Shown here: in pieces, positions 1-13,067 of the stretch
How positions within the stretch are numbered: the stretch's first letter is position 1
Layout of the letters: the number at the start of each line of letters is the position of its first letter
Assembly (NCBI GenBank): GCA_951406725.2
Contig: OX597816.1
Coordinates: 15,438,001-15,502,000, forward strand
Direction of reading: 5' to 3'
DNA from: Octopus vulgaris
Taxonomy: Eukaryota
DNA: 64,000 nucleotides
Notes under the pieces: generated by a model
Seen by the model: the letters and a program-made list of their open reading frames with translations, nothing else
Told to the model about the DNA's origin: nothing
Databases searched by the model: none
Position numbers and translations under genes: made by a program

Positions 1-879
1 AGATGGTTTTCCATTCCTCAGCATCAGCTACTCAACTACAACCTTAATCTTTATGCTCTCCAATGCCGTTGATTCTTTACCAATACATTAAGCTGTTACT
101 GAAAAAAAAAAGTGGGAGGAAGGAAAAAGGAAAGGAGGCATAATAAATCGTCAAATTTAACCCGAATAACCCGTATATGTCTCAGTTAAATTCTAAAATA
201 GCTGTGAATATATACCAAACTCATAAAACATCCATAACAATTTTAATTGATTGATGTATTAAAATAGCGTTTCAAACTCAACGAAATTTCGTCTCAAAAT
301 TACTCTAATTACAGATTTCATCTGTAATCTAATTTATAGGTAAAATAACTATGTAAAGCACTCTAATTAGATATAAAATATAAAATACAAAATTATTTAA
401 ATCTGATTTAACACCATATAAATAAGTTATTAGTTAATGATATATTATATTACTAAATGCTTCGCTTATTATATTACAAAAATACCTTTATTTCATTTAG
501 TTTTTCCTCTTTTGTTTGCAATCTACTAAGCAATTCGTTTTTGCCGATAGCATATGGAACACTGGAAGTGTAATAAACAAAAGTAAATATTCAATCGATT
601 TAGCCAAATGTATAATTATTGAATGGGGCTGGCTTCTGATGAAAATTCTCGAAGAAAATTATTGTAAAATTTTTCGTTTTATTCTTTTTCTGGAAATCAT
701 CGCTTTTACTGCCGCTGTCCTACATTCTTTACACACTCGGAAATTGAAACATTCAGTTCAAATTCTACGTAGTGTTATTACTGTGACTGTGTTGCGAAAA
801 CTAAGATATTAATCCTCGTAAAAAGTCTTCTCAGTACACCTTCTATGTTAGTGGAACATCACTGAGACAAGCGGAGAAG

Positions 880-1105
880 TTTAACTCCTTATTTAAAGTG
901 ACCATATCCAACCTAAATATCTACCTGGTTTATGTTCAGACTGGCTAGATCTGGCCTCTCACACCTACTCTGCAATGCCATTCTATAAACAAACAGTCAC
1001 ATCTTTGAAATCTCAAAGCTACTAGATAATATATGGTTGATTTTTTTTAATGTGAATAAGGAAGCATTACATTTGTGAAAATAAATCTGAATGCTAAAGA
1101 GTTAG
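880..1105. mobile_element. Dispersed repeat (probable TTAA-type MITE), reverse homologue at ~62018-62190
   Basis: Shared segments (gaatgctaaagagtta; ctggc.agatctggcctctcacacctac) in opposite orientation. Confidence 0.5.
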
Positions 1106-1328
1106 ATGTCTCGAGTGATTGGAGGCAGGTGGCTGGATTCGAATGCTGAAATTACAGGTGTTGACCCAGTGATCTGCCAGCTTTAGCATTAGATCCCCAG
1201 AGGACAGAGGTTGGTGAAAAAATCCTAACTTACCATCTTCAATTCGATTTTCGTGCCTATTCTCTGGAGTACAATCGCAAATACAAGCAGTCAGAATGGG
1301 GTTCCTCCGAACTATCTTTGGTGTAACT

Positions 1329-1730
1329 TATTTCTTTACTACCCACAAGGGGCTAAGCACTGAAGGGGCAAACAAGGACAGACAAACGGATTAAGTCGAT
1401 TATATCGACCCCAGTGCGTAACTGGTACTTATTTAATCGACCCCGAAAGGATGAAAGACAAAGTCGACCTTGGCGGAATTTGAACTCAGAATGTAACGGC
1501 AGATGAAATACCTATTTCTTTATTACCCACAAGGGGCTAAACACAGAAGGGACAAACAAGGACAGACAAACGGATTAAGTCGATTACATCGACCCCAGTG
1601 CGTAACTGGTACTTAATTTATCGACCCCGAAAGGATAAAAGACAAAGTCGAACTCGGCGGAATTTGAACTCAGAACGTAACGGCAGACGAAATACCACTA
1701 AGCATTTCACCCGGCGTGCTAACGTTTCTG
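1329..1730 (-). mobile_element. tRNA-derived SINE family B, dimer
   Basis: Two ~184 bp bodies joined at GAAATA-GG-TATTTC (1511-12), single head. Confidence 0.85.
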
Positions 1731-1732
1731 TC

Positions 1733-2070
1733 GGTGATCAGGGAGTCTTTCCAGCTTGAGCTGCTACTTGTATGCATTGAGAAATCACAGCTCCAATAGC
1801 ATGGACATGTGATTAGAATGTCGCAGAAAAGAATCACAAGAAGGATTCTTCAAGCCAAGCCGACCGGCAGGAGGTCTGGGGGTAGACAAGAACGTAGTGG
1901 TTGAATGGTGTCCATCGTCTCAGTTGGTCACGCTTGAGAATTCAACCGGAAAGTATAATGGTAGTTGCAACTGATAGGACATTACGGAAAAGCTGCCTAA
2001 GGACTCTACCCCATCCTACCCCTAAGACTTCCTTAAGAATAGTAGAGAGAGAAAATGGGTAGATGGAAAT
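1733..2070 (+). mobile_element. RTE/RTE-X-like LINE 3' fragment
   Basis: Translates to IEKSQLQ*HGHVIRMSQKRITRRILQAKPTGRRSGGR, typical of RTE-group C-termini. Confidence 0.65.
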
Positions 2071-2684
2071 AATAATCTGAAAGCTTTGAACTCGAATGAA
2101 TTCAACTAACAATAAGATAGCTTGTGTCGTTCAATGAAGCAAACACTGTACTATTTGCAGGTTAAATCGATTTATAAAGGAAGTCCGTTTTATCAAGAGT
2201 TATATTATTTGTAAACACATACACAATAAGTTGAAGTTTTATGAAGATATCTTATTTTAATGAGCAATGGTTTCTAACTAATAAAATGCAGAGAAACTGG
2301 CGCAAGATGTAAAACTACGGTAAAAAGCCAACTGTCAGTTTGTTTACGTACATGGTCAAGTCCTGTTACTTAATTTTCTTTAAGCACATAAGATCATTAT
2401 GACCTTAAAAAATACTTATCGATAATTCTAAGGAGAGTGTTGTCTGTGGTTCATTTTAAGGGGTTGTATAGTGCTTGAACCACTACTTAACAGTGATCCA
2501 AGCCCTTGCCTTGTGTTCATAAGAAACAAGATAATTTCCTGGGATATTCTTTTTCTTTTAATGTAGGCTCCTTCTAAGCTGTCAAATACGATAAGTGGTT
2601 TAAATAGCAGCACCGATTAGAAAGATTGTCAGCTGTAGTATTAACTAGCGGTAAACTATTTATTATTTAATAGAGAGAGGATAT

Positions 2685-2912
2685 GCGGCGAGCTGGCAGA
2701 GACGTTAGCGCGCCGGGTGAAATGCTTAGCGGTATTTCGTCTGCCGTTACGTTATGAGTTCAAATTCCGCCGAGGTCGACTTTGCCTTTCATCCTTTCGG
2801 GATCGATAAATAAAGTACCAGTTACGCACTGGGGTCGATGTAATCGACTTAATCCGTTTGTCTGTCTTTGTTTGTCCCCTCTGTGTTTAGCCCCTTGTGG
2901 GCAAAAAAGAAA
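2685..2912 (+). mobile_element. tRNA-derived SINE family B, monomer
   Basis: A-box-like AGCTGGCAGAGACGTTAG, B-box GAGTTCAAATTCC, conserved core GAGGTCGACTTTGCCTTTCATCCTTTCGGG. Confidence 0.85.
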
Positions 2913-3145
2913 TATATTTAAGAGAGAAAGAGAGAGAAAATGGAAGTGGGTACTATTTGCAATTTCCCATTTACTGTAAACTATTTACCATATAATTGAA
3001 AAAGCAAGGGTATCACTATTTAAAAAGATAAACACCAAATTATGGAAGATACAGTTTTTATTATAAAGGATTTGCACCATTCGAAATATGTGTGCCAACA
3101 GACGTCAGGGAAAACAGTTTTTAGTTAGGTTTGTGTTAGTTGTGT

Positions 3146-3400
3146 GGAGGCGCGTGGCTTAGTGGTTAGGGTGTCAGCATCATGATCGTAAGAGTGTGGT
3201 TTCGATTCCTGGATCGAGCGACGCGTTGTGTTCTAGAGCAAAACACTTCATTTCACATTGCTCCAGTCCACTCAGCTGGCAAAAATGAGTAACGCTGCGA
3301 TGGACTGGCGTCTCGTCCAGCTGGGGAACACATACGCCGTAGATCCCGGGAAACCGGTCCCATGAGCCTGGCTAGGCTTTAAAAGGGCGCATTTATTATT
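3146..3400 (+). mobile_element. tRNA-derived SINE family C
   Basis: A-box TGGCTTAGTGG, B-box GTTTCGATTCC, segment CTGCGATGGACTGGCGTCTCGTCCAG; relatives at ~4052-4270, 7346-7470, 27597-27800, 52527-52840. Confidence 0.8.
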
Positions 3401-3934
3401 TTTTGTGTTAGTTGTAATGAAATATTTTCATGTATATTACCCGGAGGTCCGACTTGGCTATCTATGCCATCGCTTTGCATCGCACAAATTTGCTGCAGGA
3501 AATGTTAGTGTGAGATTGGATGAGAAAGCAAGTCCTTTGACTTACAAATGCTGTTCATTCGACAGGCTTCCATACAGTTTCCTCAGTTTCACTCACAAGT
3601 CTTGGTTTGACTGATATCTTATGGCAAAACACGTCCCAAGTGTTCCTTCGCCTTAGGATTGAGTTTGTGTGAGTATACATCCCAAGACGTAGATGAATAT
3701 AGTGTGTATACATACATACATACATACATACATACATACATACATACATACATACATACATACATACATACATACATACATACCCTCACCGTCATTGTCA
3801 TCGTCGTCGTTATCCGTTTTCTATGTTGGCATGGTTTGGACGGTTTGACAGGAACTTGCCAATGGTGCAGTTTCTGACTTGCCAGTTCCTGTCAAACCGT
3901 TCACTTCATACCAGCATAACAAAAGGACGTTAAG

Positions 3935-3998
<64 letters not shown>

Positions 3999-4015
3999 AA
4001 CGATGATGATGACAA

Positions 4016-4052
<37 letters not shown>

Positions 4053-4408
4053 GAGGCGCATGGCTTAGTGGCCAGGATGTTGGGCTCATGATTGTAAGGT
4101 TGTGATTTCGATTCCTGGACCGAGCGATGCGTTTCGTTCTTGAGCAAAACACTCCATTTCATGATGTTCCAATGCATTCAGCTGGAAAAAAATGAGCAAC
4201 CATGTGACAGACCGGCGTCCCGTCCATGGAGGAATATATGCATCAGAGAAACCGGGGAACCGGCCTTTGCTTCTTACGGAGTAATGTGGACTAATCAGCC
4301 AACCATATATACATACATACACACATACATACATACATACATACATACATACATACATACATACATACATACATACATACATACATACATACATACATAC
4401 ATACAAGG

Positions 4409-5223
4409 ATGAACCTAAATGAGCAGAAGACAGTGCATGGATATGTTAGTAGAAAGCTCCGAGATGATAGTAACATTGATCATCAAAGCAATCTATCGTG
4501 GATCAATAGTCAGATTACTACCTCCCACTTTGAAGGGTATGCGTTTGCAATCCAGGAACAAGAAATATCGACCAAGTACCTGATGCACAAAAGATATAGA
4601 GATGCAGGAAAAGCAGTAAAATGTGACAACCGATGCAGACTTTGTGGAGTTTACACCGAAGATATTACCCACATCATAAGCAGTTGTCCGAAAATGTCAT
4701 CACGGTATTTTCTACCGAAGAGATATAATGCTGTAGCTAGGACACTCTATAATGAAATCGGTCGGAAGGATAATTACGAGGACAAAGAAATAAGAACCCA
4801 CAATATGGTAGAAGCCATAGTCACTCATAAAAAGTGAGTATTGGTGGAATGTCTCAGTGAAGACTTCAATAAAATGTAAGCACAACAGACCTGATATAAG
4901 GATTTGGGATAGAGAAGAGAAACTGTGCACAATTGTGAAAATCAGCTGCCCAGCGGATGTTAACATAAAGCTGAAGGTCAGTGAAAAAGAGAACACTTAT
5001 GCTGAACCATTGAGAAATTTGCAGTTACTCTATCTAGATTACAAGTTTAGGTTTATACCTGTAATTATTGGGCCCTTGGAATACGTAACATACTGCCTAA
5101 ATAGCAATCTTGAGAAATTAGGCTTCTCAAAATCAGAAAGAAGAGAGCTAATTCGATGACTACGGATCCAATCCATCACTGGAACGGTAAAAATCAGTAA
5201 AACTTTCCAGAAGTTTATCATTT
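4409..5223 (+). mobile_element. 5'-truncated R2-superfamily (R4/Dong-like) LINE: CCHC zinc knuckle and restriction-like endonuclease
   Basis: ORFs 4409-4837 and 4857-5159 give CRLC...ITHIISSC, RYNAVAR, NRPDIRIWD...KENTY, IPVIIG; frameshifted or stopped; preceded by (CATA)n. Confidence 0.85.
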
Positions 5224-5933
5224 AAATATATATGTGCATCTATAAATATGCAACTTTATGCATGAGAATACATACATAAAGCAAAACATGCAAATCTGCA
5301 CACATACATACTTATGAATGCATAAATATATATATATATATATATAGATGAAGCCCTGATTGGGTGTTCAGATGCGCAATTAGTCTGGTATGTGCCCAGA
5401 TGCACATTTCTGGTAGGAAGGGTAGTTTAGACTCTAAGTCGTGGAGAAGACAACAAACTCAGGAGATCGAGAATTTTAATAGAAAAGCTTGAGGTATGTT
5501 CCATGAGTTTTTGACAAACGTTTGCACGAAATTTCTGCAATTAGAATTTCCAAAATGTGTGATAGGTTTTACACAAGTCTTCACCATGGAAACAAATGAT
5601 TTCCTTGGATAGTTTAACAGCGTTAGTATTAGGAGTTAGATCCACGTTCATCGAAGCCGATGGGAGAATCCACTATATATGTATAGTGCGATTTAAATTT
5701 AAATTGGGTGGCATATATTTAGTATTTAGACCTTTATGTGCATTTTTATACATCAGAGGAGAAAACTTCAAGGGAGCTTCTGCAATTATAGTCTCGGTTT
5801 CCATCCACTGCCCATCAGAGTAAGAAAGATCAGGGTACATACAGGAAAAAGAAAACGAGTTTGTTCATAAATTACTTAGTTACGTTATCTTAAACTTATG
5901 AACGAACCATATATGTGTGTGCGCGTGCGTGCA

Positions 5934-5966
<33 letters not shown>

Positions 5967-6104
5967 TCACTTGGTTTTCCTTTTCAAATCTCACTCTGAT
6001 AGAGACGGAACCAGTCTCCAACACAGAAGCAAGACTTCTTCATTGGAAATTAGGTAACATCAGCTGCGTAGTTATTTACGCAAGTATGTATGTATGTCTG
6101 TGAG

Positions 6105-6150
<46 letters not shown>

Positions 6151-7774
6151 ATGTATATACACGTGTTTGTATGCGTGTGTATGTATCTACAAACACACAT
6201 GCACGTCTGTATATGTACATCTGCGGCATGTATGTTATGAATGTGTGAGTCCGTTTAACTTGAGTATGTGTAGAGATACACACATTACATACATAGAAAC
6301 ATACACACTCACAACACGCACACACACACACACACACATGTAAACATACACATATATGTATGGCTATATCTGTGTATTTATACGCACTATACATGCTAAA
6401 CACACTACATGCTAAACTCGTGCAATGTTCTACATTTTACACTTCCGTTAATGACTTGTAATTGTACTTATCTAATTAGCCGTGTCGTTTCTGGTTTTGT
6501 GAAACCCAGCATCTGAAGATTAGTTCTGAGGAGGCCGTTATTTACATAACCAATTACTGCATAATCACAAGTATTAATTTGAAGTTATAGACTTGGTGTA
6601 ATATCTGAAGATTTCTCATTAATTCACCATGAATTCTTTCTTTTTATCGAGATAACTGATTTCTACTAATCTTTTCTCTGTCCCATATCTTTATAGCTGT
6701 CTGCTGTGCTTATATTTTACAGAGGTTCGACATGAATATTCAGCTACTAACATTTTATATCATTGGTAAATGAGCCTTCTACATGACTATAAATCAGGTA
6801 TCGATTTTTCGGACTATTTGTTCAACGAATTGCACCGCAAAGAGTTTTGGCATATTTCATGATTCATCAGTAGCGTAACTAGGGGTACAGCAATGGGGTC
6901 AGTTGACCACAGATTAATGTGAAATACTTGTACACTCATCAAAATTTCTCCAACAGCAGACATGGCTGTGTGGCTTTGGGTTCAATCTCATTGCGCAACA
7001 CCTTGGGCAACTGTCTTCAACTGTAGCCCCGGACCGACTAATGCTTTGCGAGTGAATTTGGTAGACAGGAACTATGTGAAAGCCCCTTAACGCGTGTGTG
7101 CGTGTGTATGCACGCGCGTGTGTGTTCCCCCTCCTCCACACCATGACATTGTTTTTTCATTGTATCGAAAGAATACTGAGGAAGGAACAGTGTAGGGGGC
7201 AAGGGACAAGGTGCAGCAAAGTGAAGGGCTGCCCTGGACGGAACATTCTGGCTACGCCGTGCTTCATAGGTCCGTAGAACCTTGATGACAATTCTGGATA
7301 ACTGCTTATTGCTTACGATAATGATCATATCATGGGAGTGAAAGTGTGTGGCTTAGCGGTTAGGAATATTCGCGATCATAAGATTGTGAGTTCGATTCCT
7401 GGCGGCACATTGTGTCCTTGAGCAAGAAACTTTATTTCACGTTGCTCCAATCCACTCAGCTGGCAAAAGTAAATTGTACTTTTAGCTCCAAGGGCCAACC
7501 TCGTCATACACTGAATCTTCTTATTTTCTTGTATCGTTCCTCATCGAATATCGAAGAAATAGTCTGGTCATTGATTGACTGGTTGGTTGTTTTTCCTGCT
7601 TTTTCAATCAGACAGAAACATTCATCTCGGCAAAACTCCAAATGCCGTAACCAAGGAAACGTTCTTCTTTATATCGCTCGTAATTTTTTTGGCATATTCC
7701 TTCAAATTGTCCACTGAATGTTATATAGCAGGTTAACGAGAAACAATTATTCACCCTTCAGATGTCTTCAACAG

Positions 7775-8160
7775 CTAGCATGGCTGTGTAATTAAAAAAT
7801 CGCTTTGCAGCTACGTGGTTCCGGGTTCAGGCCCATCGTGCGGCACCATGGGTAAATGTTTCCTACTATAGCTCCGAGCTTAACAATATCTTGCGAGTGA
7901 ATTTGGTAGACAGAAACTGTGCGGAAGCCACTTTCTATGTGTGTATGTGTGTGCATATTTGTGTCTGTGTTTGCGCACACCCCTTGACACTCGGAGTTGA
8001 TTCGTTTTACATCTCCGTTACTTAGCGGTTAGGTAAAAGAGACCGATAGAAAATGTAACAGACTTTTAAAAAACGTACTGCGATCAATTTGAATTCAAAT
8101 TCATAATGGCTTTGAAAGCGGTGCCCCAGCATGACCGCAGTCCAATGTCAGAAACATATA
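7775..8160 (+). mobile_element. SINE family A, diverged
   Basis: Head, body and tail recognisable. Confidence 0.75.
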
Positions 8161-8419
8161 ATAAATAAACGATAAAGGAAAGATAAGATAAAGGGTTTAT
8201 TGCTGACATAAACAGACTGTTTCTTTGAAATATATTCTCACAAAGACAATGAATTACTGTATTTAAATTCAGGAAGGTGACATATGATGAAACCAAGTTG
8301 CCAAATGACTTCCATTATGGTTTTTCATTAAAGTCTGTACCAAACTGCATCTGCTTTAAAATTAACGTATTTATTTCTAATTAATGTCAGTGGTTATCTG
8401 ATTTATTAAAATATTTCAA

Positions 8420-9390
8420 TATCTTCAGGTGTTACCACTCTTATTAATCACTCCTGTTAATTTATTCAAAATTTTTACTGTTCTTAAGCTAAATACCTCC
8501 TTCCTCTCATTAATATTTGGGATCTCAAGTATAAGCTTTGCCGTGTCTTCTCGATTTATGTTATCATTAGAAAGGAGGATAGAGTTAGGTAAATACTCTT
8601 CACAATGTCTATTTATCATTTTATATATTTCTAACTAGGTCTGTGGGAAGACCGTTCTTACGATACAAGGATGTTTGCAAAAGGGACATGAATGCCTGCA
8701 ACATCAATATTAGCAACTGGGAAGCAGTTGCCAGCAATCGTGGAGATTGGCGACGTACCGTAAAAGAGTGAACACAAAGAAGTGACAGGGAGAGAGAGAG
8801 AGAGGGGGGATGGAAAGACAAGAAAAGACGTCAACAAGAAAGTATGACATTACAACCAGCAAGGCAAAGTCTTCGCTACATTTGCGGCACCCTCCACAGG
8901 GAGTATTTGTCCTGGATAGGGCTACACAGCCACAGCAGGAGATGTATTAGGACATGAAATGTAAAAGCCGGACTAGATTATTTTATGCGCAACTCCATTG
9001 TCTCCCGACACAAAAAGGATACCAACAATATTTCTAACATAACAGCTCTGGCTTTTTATGAATTTCATCCATAATTTTGAGGAACGAGTGCTCGACTTCT
9101 CTAGAGATATCAAAGTTTTCTTTTTTATCGATTATTATCAAATTGTTTTCATTCACCTTCAGAATTACAGTTGGGCACAGTTCAAGTCACTTTTCATTCT
9201 ATCTATTTTCCTATATGAAACTGTTTTCATTTTTCCGGATGTAAGGTAACAGCCATATTTTATTCCAGTTTACCAGTTTTCAGAGATATTTTTGCCGTTT
9301 CGTAGTGTCTTTCTCTTTACATGTGATGACGAAAATCTTGGTATCATCTGCAAATTATATACATTCGTGACAAGTCTTTAATATATTCTT
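8420..9390 (-). mobile_element. Old CR1-like LINE remnant, host of the RTE insertion
   Basis: Minus strand FADDTKIF at ~9330-9355 and a CR1-like C-terminus (RKEVFSLRTVKILNKL) in ORF 8425-8619. Confidence 0.65.
8636..9027 (+). mobile_element. 5'-truncated RTE-clade LINE with target-site duplication
   Basis: Encodes GRPFLRYKDVCKRDM...WEAVASNRGDWRRTV and a terminal ...IGLHSHSRRC; TSD ATATTTCTAAC at 8625-8635 and 9028-9038. Confidence 0.85.
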
Positions 9391-9401
9391 TTTCAAAATT
9401 C

Positions 9402-9597
9402 TTTTACTTGTTTCAGTCATTTGACTGCGGCCATGCTGGAGCACTGCCTTTAGTCGAACAAATCGACCTAAGGACTTATTCTTAGTAAGCCTAATACTTA
9501 TTCTAATCGATCTTTTGTCGAACCGCTAAGTTACGGGGATGTAAATACACCAACACCGGTTGTCATGTGATGGTGGGTGACAAACACAAACACACAA

Positions 9598-9632
<35 letters not shown>

Positions 9633-9796
9633 CGACGGGTTTCTTTTTGTTTTGTCTACCAAATCCACTCGCAAGTCTTAGGTCGGCCCGAAGCTATAGT
9701 AGAAGACACTTGCCCCAGGTGCCACGCGGTGGGACTGAACCCGGAACCATGTGGTTGGGAAGCAAGCTTCTTACCACACTGCCGCGCCTGCGCCTA
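9402..9796 (-). mobile_element. tRNA-derived SINE family A (~400 bp, internal (TA)/(TG) tract)
   Basis: Head GGCGCAGG...TGGTAAG...GGTTCAGTCCC, body ...GGCAAGTGTCTTCTACTATAG..., tail ...GACTGAAACAAGTAAAAGA; many copies in the window. Confidence 0.85.
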
Positions 9797-10323
9797 TGCT
9801 CACAAAACTTTTAAACAGGAGTGTTCCCAATACTGATCCTTGGTTTATTCTTGATTCGCTTTCCTTCATCATTTTTTCCCATCATTTAGAAAGTTCGTAG
9901 TTCACGTCGCTATTAGAACATTAGATTCTGGGTTGCAATTCACTGTTAGTTCTTCACTGTGCGAATTGTTTCTGCTAGAACCAGCCAGACTGGAATTGGT
10001 ATGTTTGTTTGGTATATTAGCTAGTGCCAGTCAGTTTGGTATATTGGTATCACCACTTAGGACTAGTTTGTATAGGTAGGTACGCAATCACCGATAAAAA
10101 GTCAGTTTCATTTTGTGCCGTAAGCCAACAACCAATCACTTCTTGGTTCCTTCCCTTTCTAACCTTTTCTGTTACTCTCTCAAACATATTCCCATTAATA
10201 CTGTATTCTTCTTATGCAATCAAAAAACAATGCTTCTTTTTAATTTCTCTTAGCCATTCTATATCTTTCCCTCGTTCCAATATTTATCCAAAATGAATCC
10301 CTATTCTCTTGAGAAGTTATTTC

Positions 10324-10418
<95 letters not shown>

Positions 10419-11209
10419 CATTATCATTTGGCTACTGTCCACTTATCTCTCTCTGAAGAAAACGAAATCTTGTTAAGTATTTTTCTTTTGGCTACATTCA
10501 TCTGGCAATAGAATTCCTCACTGTCAACTTTTAATTCCGTCTGAAAGTGATTAATCTATATTCGACAGTTCTTTTGTATTTCCCTTTTCTTTCTAGATTA
10601 TTTTTCAATTTTTGTTGGTGAAACTTGCAGCTATTTCTTCGTTTACATTCGATAAGTATCAACATATAGTTGACGATCTTCCTTGGGTCAACGATCTTTC
10701 TCACCAGTTTCCAAATAAATTGTATGGATTAGTCTGCGTGTGTTGACTCCCTTCATATCTTTAAAATACTGCGTAACAGTTGGGGAAAGGAAATATAAAC
10801 AAGTGTGTATTTACCACAAATAATGATTCATTATTTTCTTGTAAACATTAATATATTTATATCACATGAGCTCTGTGGCTCTCTTATGATGTTCTAATAA
10901 AGTCTATCTCGCAGCCATAATTTTAGGAAAGGCTAGCGAATGCCTTTCAACTATTTATATTCTTCACTCCTGTCGCATTTAACACACTGTTGCGAACTGA
11001 TTTAGTGACTGATAACCCACGTGGTATCACAGTTAATATAAGCGTGTTGTGTTCTATTTGACGCAGTATATAGTTCGTGTATTGTTATTGTTTAGTATTC
11101 TCACTTTTCAATCCTTCCTATTTTATTTGACAGTTGTTTACTGTGAAAATTCTGATTACAGTGAACTTTAACCCAATATTTTTCCACTCCATTCATATAA
11201 TCAACACAA

Positions 11210-11274
<65 letters not shown>

Positions 11275-11277
<3 letters not shown>

Positions 11278-11474
11278 GGTGTTCCAGAAGTCGCGCATCA
11301 TTCTGGTTTTCATTTAAAATAATTAAAGCATTTTATTTTATTATATATTTTTCTGCATGTTTTATTGTAGAGGGTGCTCAATTTGAGCATTTGTTACAAT
11401 AAAGTGTTTTTGAAATCAATAAGGGTGTATTCTTTTAAAAAACCAGGATGGTACGCCACTTCTGGGACACCCTG
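11275..11474. mobile_element. Tc1/mariner-type MITE
   Basis: Imperfect ~36 bp TIRs CAGGGTGTTCCAGAAGT... / ...ACTTCTGGGACACCCTG, TA on the left flank. Confidence 0.8.
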
Positions 11475-11656
11475 TTTATATATATATACACAAACACACA
11501 CGAGTAAGTGGATAAACGAAAGAAGGGTAGTCAACCAATTTATTGGGAGTTACATGTATGGATCAAAACAGTTTGATTCAAATTCGTTGGTACTCCTGAG
11601 CTTCAAGCGTGATGCTAGTCGTCAGCCATTATGAATTTGAATGAAACTGTTTTGAT

Positions 11657-11720
<64 letters not shown>

Positions 11721-12468
11721 GTTTAAATATTTGTTGTGCAAGATTTTTTATGTGAAGTCGTGTATTGAAACAGATATTGTTATATTTCGGAATGGTCGTA
11801 TTGCCAGTTTAGCCAATAAAAACACACGCACTATATATTTGGTGTTATTTTACTGAATAATCCGTTTGTCTGTCATTGTTTGTCCTCTCTGTGTTTAGCC
11901 CCTTGTGGGTAGTAAAGAAATAGGTATTTCGTCTGTCGTTACGTTCTGAGTTCAAATTCCGCCGAGGTCGACTTTGCCTTTCATCCTTTCGGGGTCGATA
12001 AATAAAGTACCAGTTTCGCAAAATAACACCAAATATATAGTGCGTGTGTTTTTAATTGGCTAAACTGGCAATATGACCATTCCGAAATATAACAACATAT
12101 ATATATATATATAAATACACACACACACAGCCACTCCTAGTACACCACCGATTTTCCAGCTACTGATGGTCGGGAACCTCATTTTTTCAGATAAATTACA
12201 AGGGAGAACTTGAAATTACAATGGCTGCCAGTCGAGTTCATTCCTCGACTACACCTCGTGGTGGTGGGCTTTGTGTGTACATTGTATTTACTTACAATAT
12301 CTAAACTGCGCTTGTTAGTGGTGATAGTCAGATTTTGAGAGATCCTCTGCTTGGGCATGACTAAGGATAACTTTAAGCAAAATAGCTTAAATTTACCCTT
12401 AGCCATGACCACCACAGGTAAGAGGACTGAGAGTATCAGTGGTAGCGTCAAACATAAATACCGATTTA

Positions 12469-13067
12469 TATTTCTTTACTGCCCACAAGGGGCTAAACAT
12501 AAAGGGGACAAACAAGGACAAACAAAGGGATTAAGTCGATTACATCGATCCCAGAGCGAAACTGGTACTTTATTTATCGACCCCAAAAGGATGAAAGGCA
12601 AAGTCGACCTCGGCGGAATTTGAACTCAGAACGTAACGACAGACGAAATACCTATTTCTTTACTACCCACAAGGAGCTAAACACAGAGAGGACAAACAAG
12701 GACAGACAAACGGATTAAGTCAATTATATCGACCCCAGTGCGTAACTGGTACTTATTTAATAGACCCCGAAAGACTGAAAGGCAAAGTCGACCTCGACAG
12801 AATTTGAACTCAGAACGTAGCGGCAGACGAAATACCTATTTCTTTATTACCCACAAGGGGCTAAACACAGAGGGGACAAACAAGGACAGACATAGGTATT
12901 AAGTCGATTACATCGACCCCAGTGCGTAACTGGTACTTAATTTATCGACCCCGAAAGGATGAAAGGCAAAGTCGACCTAGGCGGAATTTGAACTCACAAC
13001 GTAACGCAGGCGAAATACCGCTAAGCATTTCGCCCGGCGCGCTAACGTTTCTGCCAGCTCGCCGCCT
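12469..13067 (-). mobile_element. SINE family B trimer with TSD
   Basis: Junctions at 12651 and 12835 (184 bp period); imperfect 16 bp TSD 12454-12469 / 13069-13084. Confidence 0.85.

Noticed and set aside
516-812. 98 aa ORF near the window start
   Set aside because: Non-ATG start, AT-rich, no recognisable motif or splice support.
3146-3225. Possible tRNA genes at SINE heads
   Set aside because: A/B boxes are present but there is no complete cloverleaf and each continues into a SINE body.
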